A stretch of DNA of 23,582 nucleotides from a virus (taxonomy: Duplodnaviria; Heunggongvirae; Uroviricota; Caudoviricetes). Positions 1 to 7,756 of this stretch are shown here, one piece after another. The notes below the pieces were generated by a model. The model was not told the origin of the DNA. It saw only the letters and a list, made by a program, of their open reading frames with translations, and made no database searches. The stretch is taken from the IMG/VR virus record IMGVR_UViG_2925908680_000008; one strand, 5' to 3'. Positions within the stretch are counted from its first letter, which is position 1. Every line of letters begins with the position of its first letter. The translations under genes and the position numbers were made by a program.

Positions 1-525
1 TTAATGGGATGATTTTTCCCACTCAGCCAGGGCGTTTAGTCCGGCTTCACTCCAGTTATCCAGCTCATCGGGACAATCACCTGCAACATAGCAGAGCTCA
101 CAACGCAGCATACGAATTGCCAGCCTGGCATTTTCCCGAAAATCATACTGCTCAAAGTAATATTGCCCAGCATAATCCTCAAGGCAGATAGCACCATCAT
201 CAAGAAATTGCACTTCACAGCATAGTTCCCCGGCTGCATCCTGCACACGCTGCTGTATGTCATCGTCCGTTACTGGTGCAGGGATTTTACCGTCTCTGGC
301 CTTAACTGCTTTCCAGAACTCGCCCCACGTCATTTCCAGCGTTCTCTCTGGCCACATTTCAGAAACGGTATCTTTTCCCTGTGCTGGTGGGCTGTTCCGC
401 TGCTCTGTCGCTTCCACATCGATTTTTTTACCGGACATGACCACTTCGCCTTTCTCGATCCAGTCGTAAACTGTCTGGCGGCTTACGCCTTTGTGTTTGG
501 CATATTCTGCCTTGCTCATAAACAT
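1..525 (-). CDS. HTH protein with small-terminase (Nu1/TerS-like) N-terminal domain; candidate packaging or packaging-redirection factor
   Basis: 174 aa; N-terminal MSKAEYAKHKGVSRQTVYDWIEKGEV resembles a TerS/Nu1-type winged HTH; GAGGGGAAG RBS upstream of ATG at 525; last gene of a minus-strand operon. Confidence 0.45.
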   Translation of the reverse strand: MFMSKAEYAKHKGVSRQTVYDWIEKGEVVMSGKKIDVEATEQRNSPPAQGKDTVSEMWPERTLEMTWGEFWKAVKARDGKIPAPVTDDDIQQRVQDAAGELCCEVQFLDDGAICLEDYAGQYYFEQYDFRENARLAIRMLRCELCYVAGDCPDELDNWSEAGLNALAEWEKSSH

Positions 526-695
526 GACACTTCCCCTCAGACTGTATTAATGCGCCGGAAAGCGCGTGTATTTAAATCATCCCAGGAACCGTTGAGCACC
601 AATTAGTTGCGCGAAGTAATCGGCACCAGCGTTCCGAACAATTTCCAACTTAACGTTCTGATCATTGTTTCCTGCTGCAGGGACAATCCCACGAT

Positions 696-1349
696 TCATA
701 GCCAGCGCCCGGATATTTCTTCCAGTTTTTCCAGAGCTGGCTTGCAGGCCGCATCAATAACTTCACGGACCATTCCGGCGAGCTGTTCTTCTTCTGTCGG
801 CGTTGTTACTTCCACACCTGATGGTTTCCCGCCCTTATCCCATACGCCCAACGGTACGAGCGCAACGTGATCGATAAGAAATGGCGTACCCTCAATGAAA
901 AAATTGTCCTCGCCCATTACATCAGGAACTTCTGCCCCACCGGACGCACCACAAAACACAACCGACGGGCTGGTGGATACCTCCCCCCGTGCTTTCTGGA
1001 TGTAATCGATGATTTCCTGCCCGTAAATCCGGCATACGCCCCACACCTCGTCACCGCGAATATACGGCAACATGACGGTGCCAATAATGCGCGACCGTTC
1101 GCCCACGTCTTCAAGGGTTTTGCTTTCGGGATGGTCGATAATGACGGGTACTCCGGCGCAACGTTCCAGGAACTGCGGATTGAGATAAGTTTGCGGTGAA
1201 CGCCAGACAAATTCTTTTTCTTCGGCGCGATAGGCCATTCCGGTTCCTGTGATACGCAGGTTAATCAGCCACATGTTGGAAAACTGATAAGGCGACGGTA
1301 GCTGACCGTCCCGAATCTGCTTTGCCGCCTCAATTTCTGTTAAAAGCAT
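696..1349 (-). CDS. hypothetical protein (217 aa), intact in this copy
   Basis: ATG at 1349 with GGGGGA RBS; protein-like C-terminus; family not recognised. Confidence 0.5.
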   Translation of the reverse strand: MLLTEIEAAKQIRDGQLPSPYQFSNMWLINLRITGTGMAYRAEEKEFVWRSPQTYLNPQFLERCAGVPVIIDHPESKTLEDVGERSRIIGTVMLPYIRGDEVWGVCRIYGQEIIDYIQKARGEVSTSPSVVFCGASGGAEVPDVMGEDNFFIEGTPFLIDHVALVPLGVWDKGGKPSGVEVTTPTEEEQLAGMVREVIDAACKPALEKLEEISGRWL

Positions 1350-1413
1350 AATGTCCCCCGGTTATAAGCAATAAGCCCCACCAAATCCGGCAGGGCTGAA
1401 ATCAGCACGTTTT

Positions 1414-1998
1414 TCATGCCCCCGCGAGGCTTGCAACGTTAATTTTAACCAGGCGACGGGGAGGGATTTTGAAAGCACTAAGCCAGTTATTCGGATCCCC
1501 CTGATATTCAGTAATCCGCCGTCCGGCTTCATCCATTCTTACGGTTTTACGCAAATAGCCCGGCGTATTTTCCACAGCCCACTGAACACTGTCTTTTGCA
1601 GCCTGGTAAATCTGATCTTCCAGCACCGCCAGCGTTGCAGAATCTGAAACGGAACGAATATCCACATCACTGAATTTTTTAGCCAGCTTCTGTGCACCAA
1701 TTAATGCACGCTTGCGGTAATCCATCGACTTTTCACCAGCAAACGGGGCTGGAGCGCGACGGCCCATATTGCTGTATGCGGAATCCGCTTTAGCCTGGGC
1801 TTCTGCCAGTGAGGATTCATCTTCGACTGACGCGACGATGTTTTTATTCGCGTCATCCTCGTCCGCTTTTGTGAAATCCTGTGCGGGGATCGCATTCAGA
1901 ATTTCGATAATCTCCTGCGGAGTGCTGCCCTGCGACTCTGACAGAGCGTTAACCACCTCCATCAGTTTTAATCGCAAATCTTCTTTGCTTGCTGGCAT
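1414..1998 (-). CDS. hypothetical acidic protein (194 aa)
   Basis: ATG at 1998 preceded by GAGGTGG RBS; ORF track start at 2007 is a GTG inside the RBS; family not recognised. Confidence 0.5.
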   Translation of the reverse strand: MPASKEDLRLKLMEVVNALSESQGSTPQEIIEILNAIPAQDFTKADEDDANKNIVASVEDESSLAEAQAKADSAYSNMGRRAPAPFAGEKSMDYRKRALIGAQKLAKKFSDVDIRSVSDSATLAVLEDQIYQAAKDSVQWAVENTPGYLRKTVRMDEAGRRITEYQGDPNNWLSAFKIPPRRLVKINVASLAGA

Positions 1999-2037
1999 TT
2001 TTACCACCTCTCTTTTTTCACCAAAAAATCACGACCA

Positions 2038-2217
2038 TCAGGCCGGACGTTCTACGGGATAAAGCGCCCGCTGCATTAAACGCCGGGCGACCTCATGAAT
2101 GCTCGGAGCAATCCCCAGCGGAGAATTGCGGCGTTCCTCGTCCTGGATGCGCTGTAATGCTTCAATCTGATCACGAGCGAGTAAAACGGGTTTCACGCTG
2201 GCTTTTCTCATAGTCAT
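2038..2217 (-). CDS. small hypothetical protein (59 aa), first gene of terminal operon
   Basis: ATG at 2217 (MTMRKASVK...) preceded by AGGAGA RBS; ORF track start further upstream lacks RBS. Confidence 0.4.
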   Translation of the reverse strand: MTMRKASVKPVLLARDQIEALQRIQDEERRNSPLGIAPSIHEVARRLMQRALYPVERPA

Positions 2218-2346
2218 ATCTCCTGAACAAAACAATGATTATGATTGCACAAACTGAAATAACGATCTACATCATTGCAATTTATGAAACAATAACGCAT
2301 GATGATCGCGTTCTTCCCATTGACTTCAATCACCTGAAAAACAAAG

Positions 2347-2375
2347 CCCGCAACACTTCTGGCTGCGGGTTTTTT
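2347..2375. terminator. hairpin (CCCGCA / TGCGGG, 11-nt loop) followed by T6; U-rich on both strands, possible bidirectional intrinsic terminator
   Basis: Stem-loop read directly from sequence; T-run 2370-2375 on plus, TTTGTTTTT on minus. Confidence 0.45.
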
Positions 2376-2379
2376 ACTG

Positions 2380-2407
2380 GCACAAAAAAGCCGGGAAAAA
2401 TCCCGGC
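2380..2407 (-). terminator. intrinsic terminator downstream of PerC-family gene
   Basis: Minus-strand hairpin GCCGGGA-UUUU-UCCCGGC followed by UUUUUUGUG, immediately after stop at 2413. Confidence 0.6.
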
Positions 2408-2412
2408 CTCCG

Positions 2413-2700
2413 TCACTGACTGCAATTTTTCGATCCAGGGTATTTCCTGAATGCCTTACCATTGGGCTGATGTAATCCCATCCCGGCATGTGCCCGGCTG
2501 ATGGTTTCGCGCATTTCCCCGAAATTATCCTGCCTTGCTGGTGGGCGTGCTGCCTTGCGGATACATTCCGCGCGACGTTTTGCCGCCTGTTCCCGTGCCT
2601 TGTCATCATTCGCCAGCATGATGACCTCAGCCCACCGCGCCGCCGCTCTCCGGTACAGACCACGCGCTTCCAGTGCTTCCGCTTTGCTGTCGTGAATCAT
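2413..2700 (-). CDS. PerC-family transcriptional regulator (PerC homolog, Pch-like)
   Basis: 95 aa; motif KAEALEARGLYRRAAARWAEV matches my recollection of the PerC family signature; start ATG overlaps upstream stop as ATGA. Confidence 0.65.
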   Translation of the reverse strand: MIHDSKAEALEARGLYRRAAARWAEVIMLANDDKAREQAAKRRAECIRKAARPPARQDNFGEMRETISRAHAGMGLHQPNGKAFRKYPGSKNCSQ

Positions 2701-3227
2701 GCGCCTGTTTTCTCCTTTGCTGCCCGGCGCTGACGTTTGCGCTTCTCATTCAGCGCCACCAGCCGCGTTTCTGCGTCCTGTTGTTCCTGTGGTGTCACCT
2801 CGCCGCACGGCTGGCCTTTCAGGTCGTAGCGTACCCCACCAGCCATTAAGGCGCGGTAATAGCGCGGACACTGCGCATAAGATGCCAGCGTCGCACGCAA
2901 TGCCCCTGGACCGAATGCCAGCCCCCTGACGGCGAGATCCTGCATCAGGTCGTCGAATATCCCCACCTTAAGCGGCTTCGGTGCTTCCCGGCTGAATAAT
3001 TCAGGCCACAACTCAGTGAGGCGGTTAACGCGCCTGCGGTTTTTGCGCTGGCGTTTGGTCATATGCCGCCACGGTGTCGCCCCTGTGGGCTTCTGCTGCG
3101 CTTTCTGGTTACCGGGCATCACTTTATGCGCCGATGTGGTTTTATCCTGCTCCTGCGCCGCCTGCGTCGTTTTCTGCGGCGTGCCGTAAATGCCTTTCGG
3201 TTTTCTGTTAATGGTCAGCTTAGTCAT
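2697..3227 (-). CDS. ProQ/FinO-domain RNA-binding protein with basic N-terminal extension
   Basis: PLKVGIFDDL ... LRATLASYAQCPRYYRALMAGGVRYDLKGQPCGEVTPQE closely parallels the ProQ N-terminal FinO-like domain; start taken at ATG 3227 (GGAG RBS), alternative ATG at 3239. Confidence 0.8.
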   Translation of the reverse strand: MTKLTINRKPKGIYGTPQKTTQAAQEQDKTTSAHKVMPGNQKAQQKPTGATPWRHMTKRQRKNRRRVNRLTELWPELFSREAPKPLKVGIFDDLMQDLAVRGLAFGPGALRATLASYAQCPRYYRALMAGGVRYDLKGQPCGEVTPQEQQDAETRLVALNEKRKRQRRAAKEKTGA

Positions 3228-3239
3228 GCTTTGCTCCAT

Positions 3240-3611
3240 CGTTACAACTGTCTACCAACTGTCCACCGATATAATTTATTGATTTATTTGATATTATTTA
3301 CACATAACTAAAAAATAACCTATCAATTGTCTACCAACTGTCTACCGCATTAATACATTGATAATTAATGATTTTTTCAAAATGGTAGACAGAGTAGACA
3401 GTTAAAAGAGAAATTTTAAAAATGAACCCTTAACTATCTGTTTTTTTATATACCCCCCGTGGTTTAGGAATATAGAAACAACTGTCCACTCTCTACCACA
3501 TTTAAAAATATCTATACAATTCAATGCATTAATTGGTAGATGGTTGGTAGAGGATTAAGTATTACTGTCTACCAACCGTCTACCTTTACGTTTCAGCTCA
3601 TAAATTTCGTA
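3240..3611. repeat. iteron-type replication origin with AT-rich unwinding region
   Basis: At least 10 copies of CAACTGTCTACC-like motif in both orientations (e.g. 3245-3267, 3323-3346, 3384-3403, 3479-3497, 3533-3553, 3563-3584) interspersed with AT-rich tracts, directly 3' of the replication gene. Confidence 0.7.
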
Positions 3612-5417
3612 TTATGTTCTGTCGTTAATCCCTGTTGCTGCTGGCAACCAGCTATCAGCATCATCATCTAACAGAACATTTGTTATCACTCGCCCTTTAT
3701 CCTGGCCTTTAGTGCATTTAGCCCGCTTATACTCCTTTCCGTATTCCGCCATAGCACCAGGCATATCAGTGCCAAAGCGTTTCAGTGATACTGGTTTTCC
3801 CAGACCATGCGCTGACATATAGGCTAAATAAGCATGATACAGATATCGCCTCGGGCTAAATGGCACTATTCCCGCATTGCCCACCATCATTCCTTCACAT
3901 TTAACCAACGACATCAGATAGCCGCAAAAGTCCACCAGTGAATCACCCTCACGTTTTATCATCAGAGCCTCTTCTGATTTCTGCTGCTCATATAACAGAC
4001 GTCTGGCTTCATCCTGGTCAGAAAAACGAGTAAGCAGGTGGCGAATAACTACCGCCAGTTCGCCTTCTATTTTTTCCACCAGCATGGGATCGCGTTCGTT
4101 CTCCGGTACGACCTCAGAGAAATTAAATATCACCCTACGACGCGAGATCCCCCCGCTTCGGTCACTGAATGACATGGCGTTATTGTTTACTGCCAGCACT
4201 ACCGCCGGAATACGAGTGGAGTATGGGGCTTTATGTTTCGGGTCGATCGCCACCTTGTCACCACCAGTAATTGCCTTAATTCCTGCACCATCTCCAGCGT
4301 AGCGGGCCATATCCGGCATGATAATCAGCGAAAAGCCAACGACTAACGCGCGTTCCCTTGCGTCTTCCAGCGCCTTCATGCTTGCCGATACTGTATTGAC
4401 CTTACCCGCCAGCATGGTACAAATCTCCGCCATCACACTTTTACCGCTTCCGCCCGGCCCCGTTACCTCAAGGAATAACTGCCAGTCGTACCGGTTCGCC
4501 AGTACCATGAATAATGCCGCCAGTACGCGATCTGCTTTACGATCGTTATTTGCCACCGAACGACGCAGCCACTTCCAGAAATTCGGCGCATGTGTTGCCA
4601 GCGTTTCCCCCTCTGCTGGTGGGCTGAACGGTAATTCACTGGCATTTAACAACCAGTCATTTTTGTTATGCTCCCGAAAATTTCCTGTCCGGGTATCAAA
4701 TACCCCGTTACTGAATCCAATAAGATTCCTGTCTGCCCCGCCCATAACAGGCAGGCTCAATTTCATTGTGTCTACGGCAAATTTAATGGCGTTTTGCGAA
4801 TAACTGATTCCAGCATCAATAAAAATCTTCGCCATAGATCGCTGGAGTTCCTTATCAGATACAGGCTCCCAGACAATTCCGTTGTAATGGTGAACTACAT
4901 CAGAATCGTCATTTATAGCCAGTGCCCTTCCATAATATTCAAGCAATACTTCCCCTCTCTGGCTGGCTCCCATCTGATTTAGTGCTGGCCTGGGTAGGTC
5001 ACTATTTTTTGTGACTAATTTCATCGCTGAAACTTCCCCGCGCTCTGCCTGTTCGCGGATCCGTTGCAGGTAATCGCGCCAGTTCTCCGGCTCCCGGTCG
5101 GTGATGCCTTTGTATAATTTCGCCTCCTGTACGCCAGCCAGTGCCAGTTTTTCAGCGATAGTATTGATCTGGATTGGCTCTATCTCCCCCGCGAGATAGA
5201 CACGCGCAAAGCGGCGTTCATCGTCGACAATGCGGATATTCGCCAGGTCTGCCAGTTGCTTTGGCCCCAGATAAACAGGTGGCACGTTATCGCCGTGTTT
5301 TCGTCCTTCGCTTTCAATCCAGTGTTGAGCATGGGAGTAAGCGTCCGTCCCGGCAAAAATGATTACCTCAGTGAATTTATCCTTCGGCTGATATTTCAAA
5401 TTCGGTGCGTTTTTCAC
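3612..5417 (-). CDS. replication initiation primase/helicase-like protein (P4-family primase C-terminal-type P-loop NTPase)
   Basis: 601 aa; Walker A GPGGSGKS; GTG start at 5417 with GGGAGGT RBS, overlapping upstream stop (GTGA); adjacent iteron origin. Confidence 0.75.
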   Translation of the reverse strand: MKNAPNLKYQPKDKFTEVIIFAGTDAYSHAQHWIESEGRKHGDNVPPVYLGPKQLADLANIRIVDDERRFARVYLAGEIEPIQINTIAEKLALAGVQEAKLYKGITDREPENWRDYLQRIREQAERGEVSAMKLVTKNSDLPRPALNQMGASQRGEVLLEYYGRALAINDDSDVVHHYNGIVWEPVSDKELQRSMAKIFIDAGISYSQNAIKFAVDTMKLSLPVMGGADRNLIGFSNGVFDTRTGNFREHNKNDWLLNASELPFSPPAEGETLATHAPNFWKWLRRSVANNDRKADRVLAALFMVLANRYDWQLFLEVTGPGGSGKSVMAEICTMLAGKVNTVSASMKALEDARERALVVGFSLIIMPDMARYAGDGAGIKAITGGDKVAIDPKHKAPYSTRIPAVVLAVNNNAMSFSDRSGGISRRRVIFNFSEVVPENERDPMLVEKIEGELAVVIRHLLTRFSDQDEARRLLYEQQKSEEALMIKREGDSLVDFCGYLMSLVKCEGMMVGNAGIVPFSPRRYLYHAYLAYMSAHGLGKPVSLKRFGTDMPGAMAEYGKEYKRAKCTKGQDKGRVITNVLLDDDADSWLPAATGINDRT

Positions 5418-5704
5418 TTCTTACCTCCCGCAACCAACATTGCTCGGATTTTTTTAATATTCGTGGCTGCACGTCTCGCCACCGCCTGTTGTTTGTTTTC
5501 CATCAGAATAAAATCACGATCAAACTGACGGCGCGGCATTACGCAGTCATATTCGTAAGCCTCACGGCGGTAGGTGATATTGCCTGGCGTAACGTGACGA
5601 ATAACCACTCGTCCCCCGCGTCTGGTGTCGCGGTAAATATCGCCGTGTCTGATTTCAGGCCGAGCGGGGCCGCTGGCAGTAAAGCCAGAATTTTTCTGTT
5701 TCAT
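5414..5704 (-). CDS. hypothetical basic protein (96 aa), coupled to replication gene
   Basis: ATG at 5704 with AGGAAAA RBS; stop overlaps start of downstream gene. Confidence 0.5.
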   Translation of the reverse strand: MKQKNSGFTASGPARPEIRHGDIYRDTRRGGRVVIRHVTPGNITYRREAYEYDCVMPRRQFDRDFILMENKQQAVARRAATNIKKIRAMLVAGGKK

Positions 5705-5708
5705 GGTT

Positions 5709-5909
5709 TTATTTTCCTGTCAGCAGTTCCGGTTTTATTTCCGCACGAATACAGAGTTCAGAAAAAAATTCAGGAGAACCAACAATCTCATTACTTTTCA
5801 GTCGGCATTGTGATTTCACTTTTCCTTTATCCAGGTAAACCAGTATGCGTCCGGTGAAATCATCTGGCGCACTCAGGGTAATTGTCATTGTTGCTTGCTG
5901 ATTATCCAT
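5709..5909 (-). CDS. hypothetical protein (66 aa)
   Basis: ATG overlaps upstream stop (ATGGATAA); tight operon arrangement. Confidence 0.45.
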   Translation of the reverse strand: MDNQQATMTITLSAPDDFTGRILVYLDKGKVKSQCRLKSNEIVGSPEFFSELCIRAEIKPELLTGK

Positions 5910-6267
5910 AATTCACCCCCTGAATAACCTGATAACCGCAACTGGTCAGCAATTCGATAAATTCCGGCAGTGTTCCGAAACAGCAATCATCTCGCAGCCG
6001 TTCTCGGGATACTTCAACGCCGTTTTCGTAGTGACTCACCATGCGTCCGGTAAAATGCAAATCATCATCGTGATGGCACGTTGACGGTTTAATCAGTCGC
6101 GCACGCTCTGCCAGTTCCAGCAATGCTTCAACACTTCCGGCAATTGCACCATCCGGCAGGTGGTAATTACGCACTATGCGCCCGTTCTCCACATGGACCA
6201 GTAGCTGCCCGGTAAATATCTCGTCAAACTGAATGCTGTTAAGGTCAGAAATTGACAGGTTATGCAT
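5902..6267 (-). CDS. hypothetical protein (121 aa)
   Basis: ATG at 6267 overlaps upstream stop (ATGCATAA). Confidence 0.5.
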   Translation of the reverse strand: MHNLSISDLNSIQFDEIFTGQLLVHVENGRIVRNYHLPDGAIAGSVEALLELAERARLIKPSTCHHDDDLHFTGRMVSHYENGVEVSRERLRDDCCFGTLPEFIELLTSCGYQVIQGVNYG

Positions 6268-6625
6268 GGTGCACCTCCTGGCGAATACGGGCAGCGAATA
6301 CCATCACGCAGCCATCAGGAGATTGCTGGCGTGCTTCCTGTTCGCTGGTGGCCTCGATGTGAATTACACGCGGTTGTGCCGTACTCAGGGCGATAAAACG
6401 CCAGATAAAATTGTTCTCGCATTTCTGAATAAACAGCGTGTTTTCTTCGCGCCCTTTCCATGTTGCCGAGATATAGCCCATGTCATTGAGCATCTCGCAG
6501 GCATCAACCAGCGTATCGGCGGCTACGTGTACAGTGTTTTTACCGTCAGCTATGCAATCACGGTGCACCGCCAGGAAGGTGTATATAAATTTAGGGTGAG
6601 TTTGGGTATGCTGTGTTCCAGCCAT
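6260..6625 (-). CDS. hypothetical protein (121 aa), first gene of replication operon
   Basis: ATG at 6625 (MAGTQHT...) with GAGGT RBS; E. coli-like codon usage, unlike the antisense read-through upstream. Confidence 0.5.
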   Translation of the reverse strand: MAGTQHTQTHPKFIYTFLAVHRDCIADGKNTVHVAADTLVDACEMLNDMGYISATWKGREENTLFIQKCENNFIWRFIALSTAQPRVIHIEATSEQEARQQSPDGCVMVFAARIRQEVHHA

Positions 6626-6812
6626 AATCGTTACCTCGTTTAACGGTTTGGTTAGACGCCCCGCTACTGCCGCAAACAGTTCGGGGCGTTGTCGTTTACA
6701 TCCTCTTACTGAGGTGTGATTTAAATTAAATTCAACTGAATCACAGGTCAAGTATTTTTTGTGATTCTTTTTTGTGTATACTGAATCACATCTTTTGTTT
6801 AGGAGAATGCAC
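6626..6812. promoter_or_regulatory. divergent promoter/operator region between replication operon and small regulator gene
   Basis: CTGAATCACA direct repeats at 6737-6746 and 6781-6790 with inverted TGTGATTC between; TATACT -10-like hexamer at 6777-6782; AGGAGA RBS at 6801-6806; 8-bp stem hairpin around 6650-6690. Confidence 0.5.
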
Positions 6813-7118
6813 ATGGCAAAAAACACTATCAACGACAAATCAAAACAGATTTCAATTCGTATCCCACATGATGCTTTTGATGGCATGGAATCCGTAAAAC
6901 TGGACGGCGAAAGCAACGCCGGATTCATAGTAACCGCCATGCGCGGTGAGATCGCCCGCCGCCAGGCAGAAGGAAGAGGAGAAAACCCCCTGGTTTCTTC
7001 GCTCGATGCACTGGCGCAGGTGGAAAAAATCGGTGTCAAAGCTGCCGAGGAGATCGGGCAACTCGTCACCGTCGCGCGTGAAGAACTCCAGCGACGCAAG
7101 GTCAAAGAGCAGGAATAG
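6813..7118 (+). CDS. putative ribbon-helix-helix DNA-binding regulator (candidate island repressor)
   Basis: 101 aa from ATG 6813 with AGGAGA RBS; ISIRIPHDAFDGMESVKL...NAGFIVTAMRGEIARR has a strand-helix-helix pattern; family assignment is by eye only. Confidence 0.45.
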   Translation: MAKNTINDKSKQISIRIPHDAFDGMESVKLDGESNAGFIVTAMRGEIARRQAEGRGENPLVSSLDALAQVEKIGVKAAEEIGQLVTVAREELQRRKVKEQE

Positions 7119-7175
7119 CCACTATCAGCGCCATAGTTTGAGGAACGCAGGCGCATTGCTTTACAGGACAGCACC

Positions 7176-7355
7176 ATGAGCGACACAGAATCAACCAAAA
7201 CACCATCACCAACTCGTAAGAGACGACGCAAAAATATAGCGCATGAACATGAATCAGAAAGATTCGCACCTTGTTCGTTTGCTCTTGAGAAATTCCTTAA
7301 AGAGCACAGGAAAAAGCTCTCGTTGCAAACCTTGGAACGAACCAAATCTGACTGA
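7176..7355 (+). CDS. small basic hypothetical protein (59 aa)
   Basis: ATG 7176, stop TGA 7353-7355; below ORF-track cutoff; RKRRRK basic patch. Confidence 0.3.
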   Translation: MSDTESTKTPSPTRKRRRKNIAHEHESERFAPCSFALEKFLKEHRKKLSLQTLERTKSD

Positions 7356-7756
7356 TCACATTGCCCACCAGCCGCAAATGTGGCATTGTTGGTGATGCGT
7401 TCAAGTTTGATTTGCCGTAATACCCACTGGCGACCCTCTGCGGTCGCCTTTGTTTTATCCAGAACGAAATCAGACATCAGATTGATCAGCACCTGGCGAC
7501 CTGACAAAATCGTATCGGTCGCGCCACCAGCAAAATTTTTTGCTTTCCGGACGATGTGGCCAACGGTATTTTGCAGCAAAATATTCTGCATTTCTGGCGT
7601 GCTGTGGCGACGGTGATCAGCGCCTTCACATTGAACGAACTTGTCGCTAAAATTCACCCACATAGCAAACATCGCGGTGCTGTAGGTAATTCGTTCACAA
7701 AGGCGCTCCGGCAACGGGGCGCTTTCTCTTTTTGTAACGGTCAGAGCGTTACACAT
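7355..7756 (-). CDS. hypothetical protein coupled to ant; 3' end undefined (no in-frame stop)
   Basis: ATG 7756 overlaps ant stop (ATGTGTAA) with GGAGGAAAA RBS; good codon usage for ~134 codons, then frame continues stop-free to 6260. Confidence 0.4.

Noticed and set aside
2085-2100. Lambda cosN-like sequence (GCCGGGCGACCT)
   Set aside because: Only a partial match to my recollection of lambda cosN (GGGCGGCGACCT) and it lies inside a coding region; likely coincidence.
2214-2663. 149-aa minus-strand ORF overlapping the PerC-family gene
   Set aside because: Out-of-frame overlap with a better-supported gene, spans two terminator hairpins, and has an R/C-rich composition typical of spurious ORFs.
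3063-3311. 82-aa plus-strand ORF across the ProQ-like gene start and iterons
   Set aside because: Antisense to a supported gene and runs into the iteron origin; arginine-rich shadow ORF.
4318-4982. Plus-strand ORFs (161 aa, 104 aa) inside the primase region
   Set aside because: Antisense to the 601-aa replication gene with its Walker A motif; no RBS; shadow ORFs.
6260-7756. 498-aa minus-strand ORF taken as a single real protein
   Set aside because: Only the first ~134 codons and the last ~121 codons look coding; the middle is antisense to well-supported plus-strand genes and spans a promoter. Treated as read-through or shadow ORF and flagged as a finding instead.
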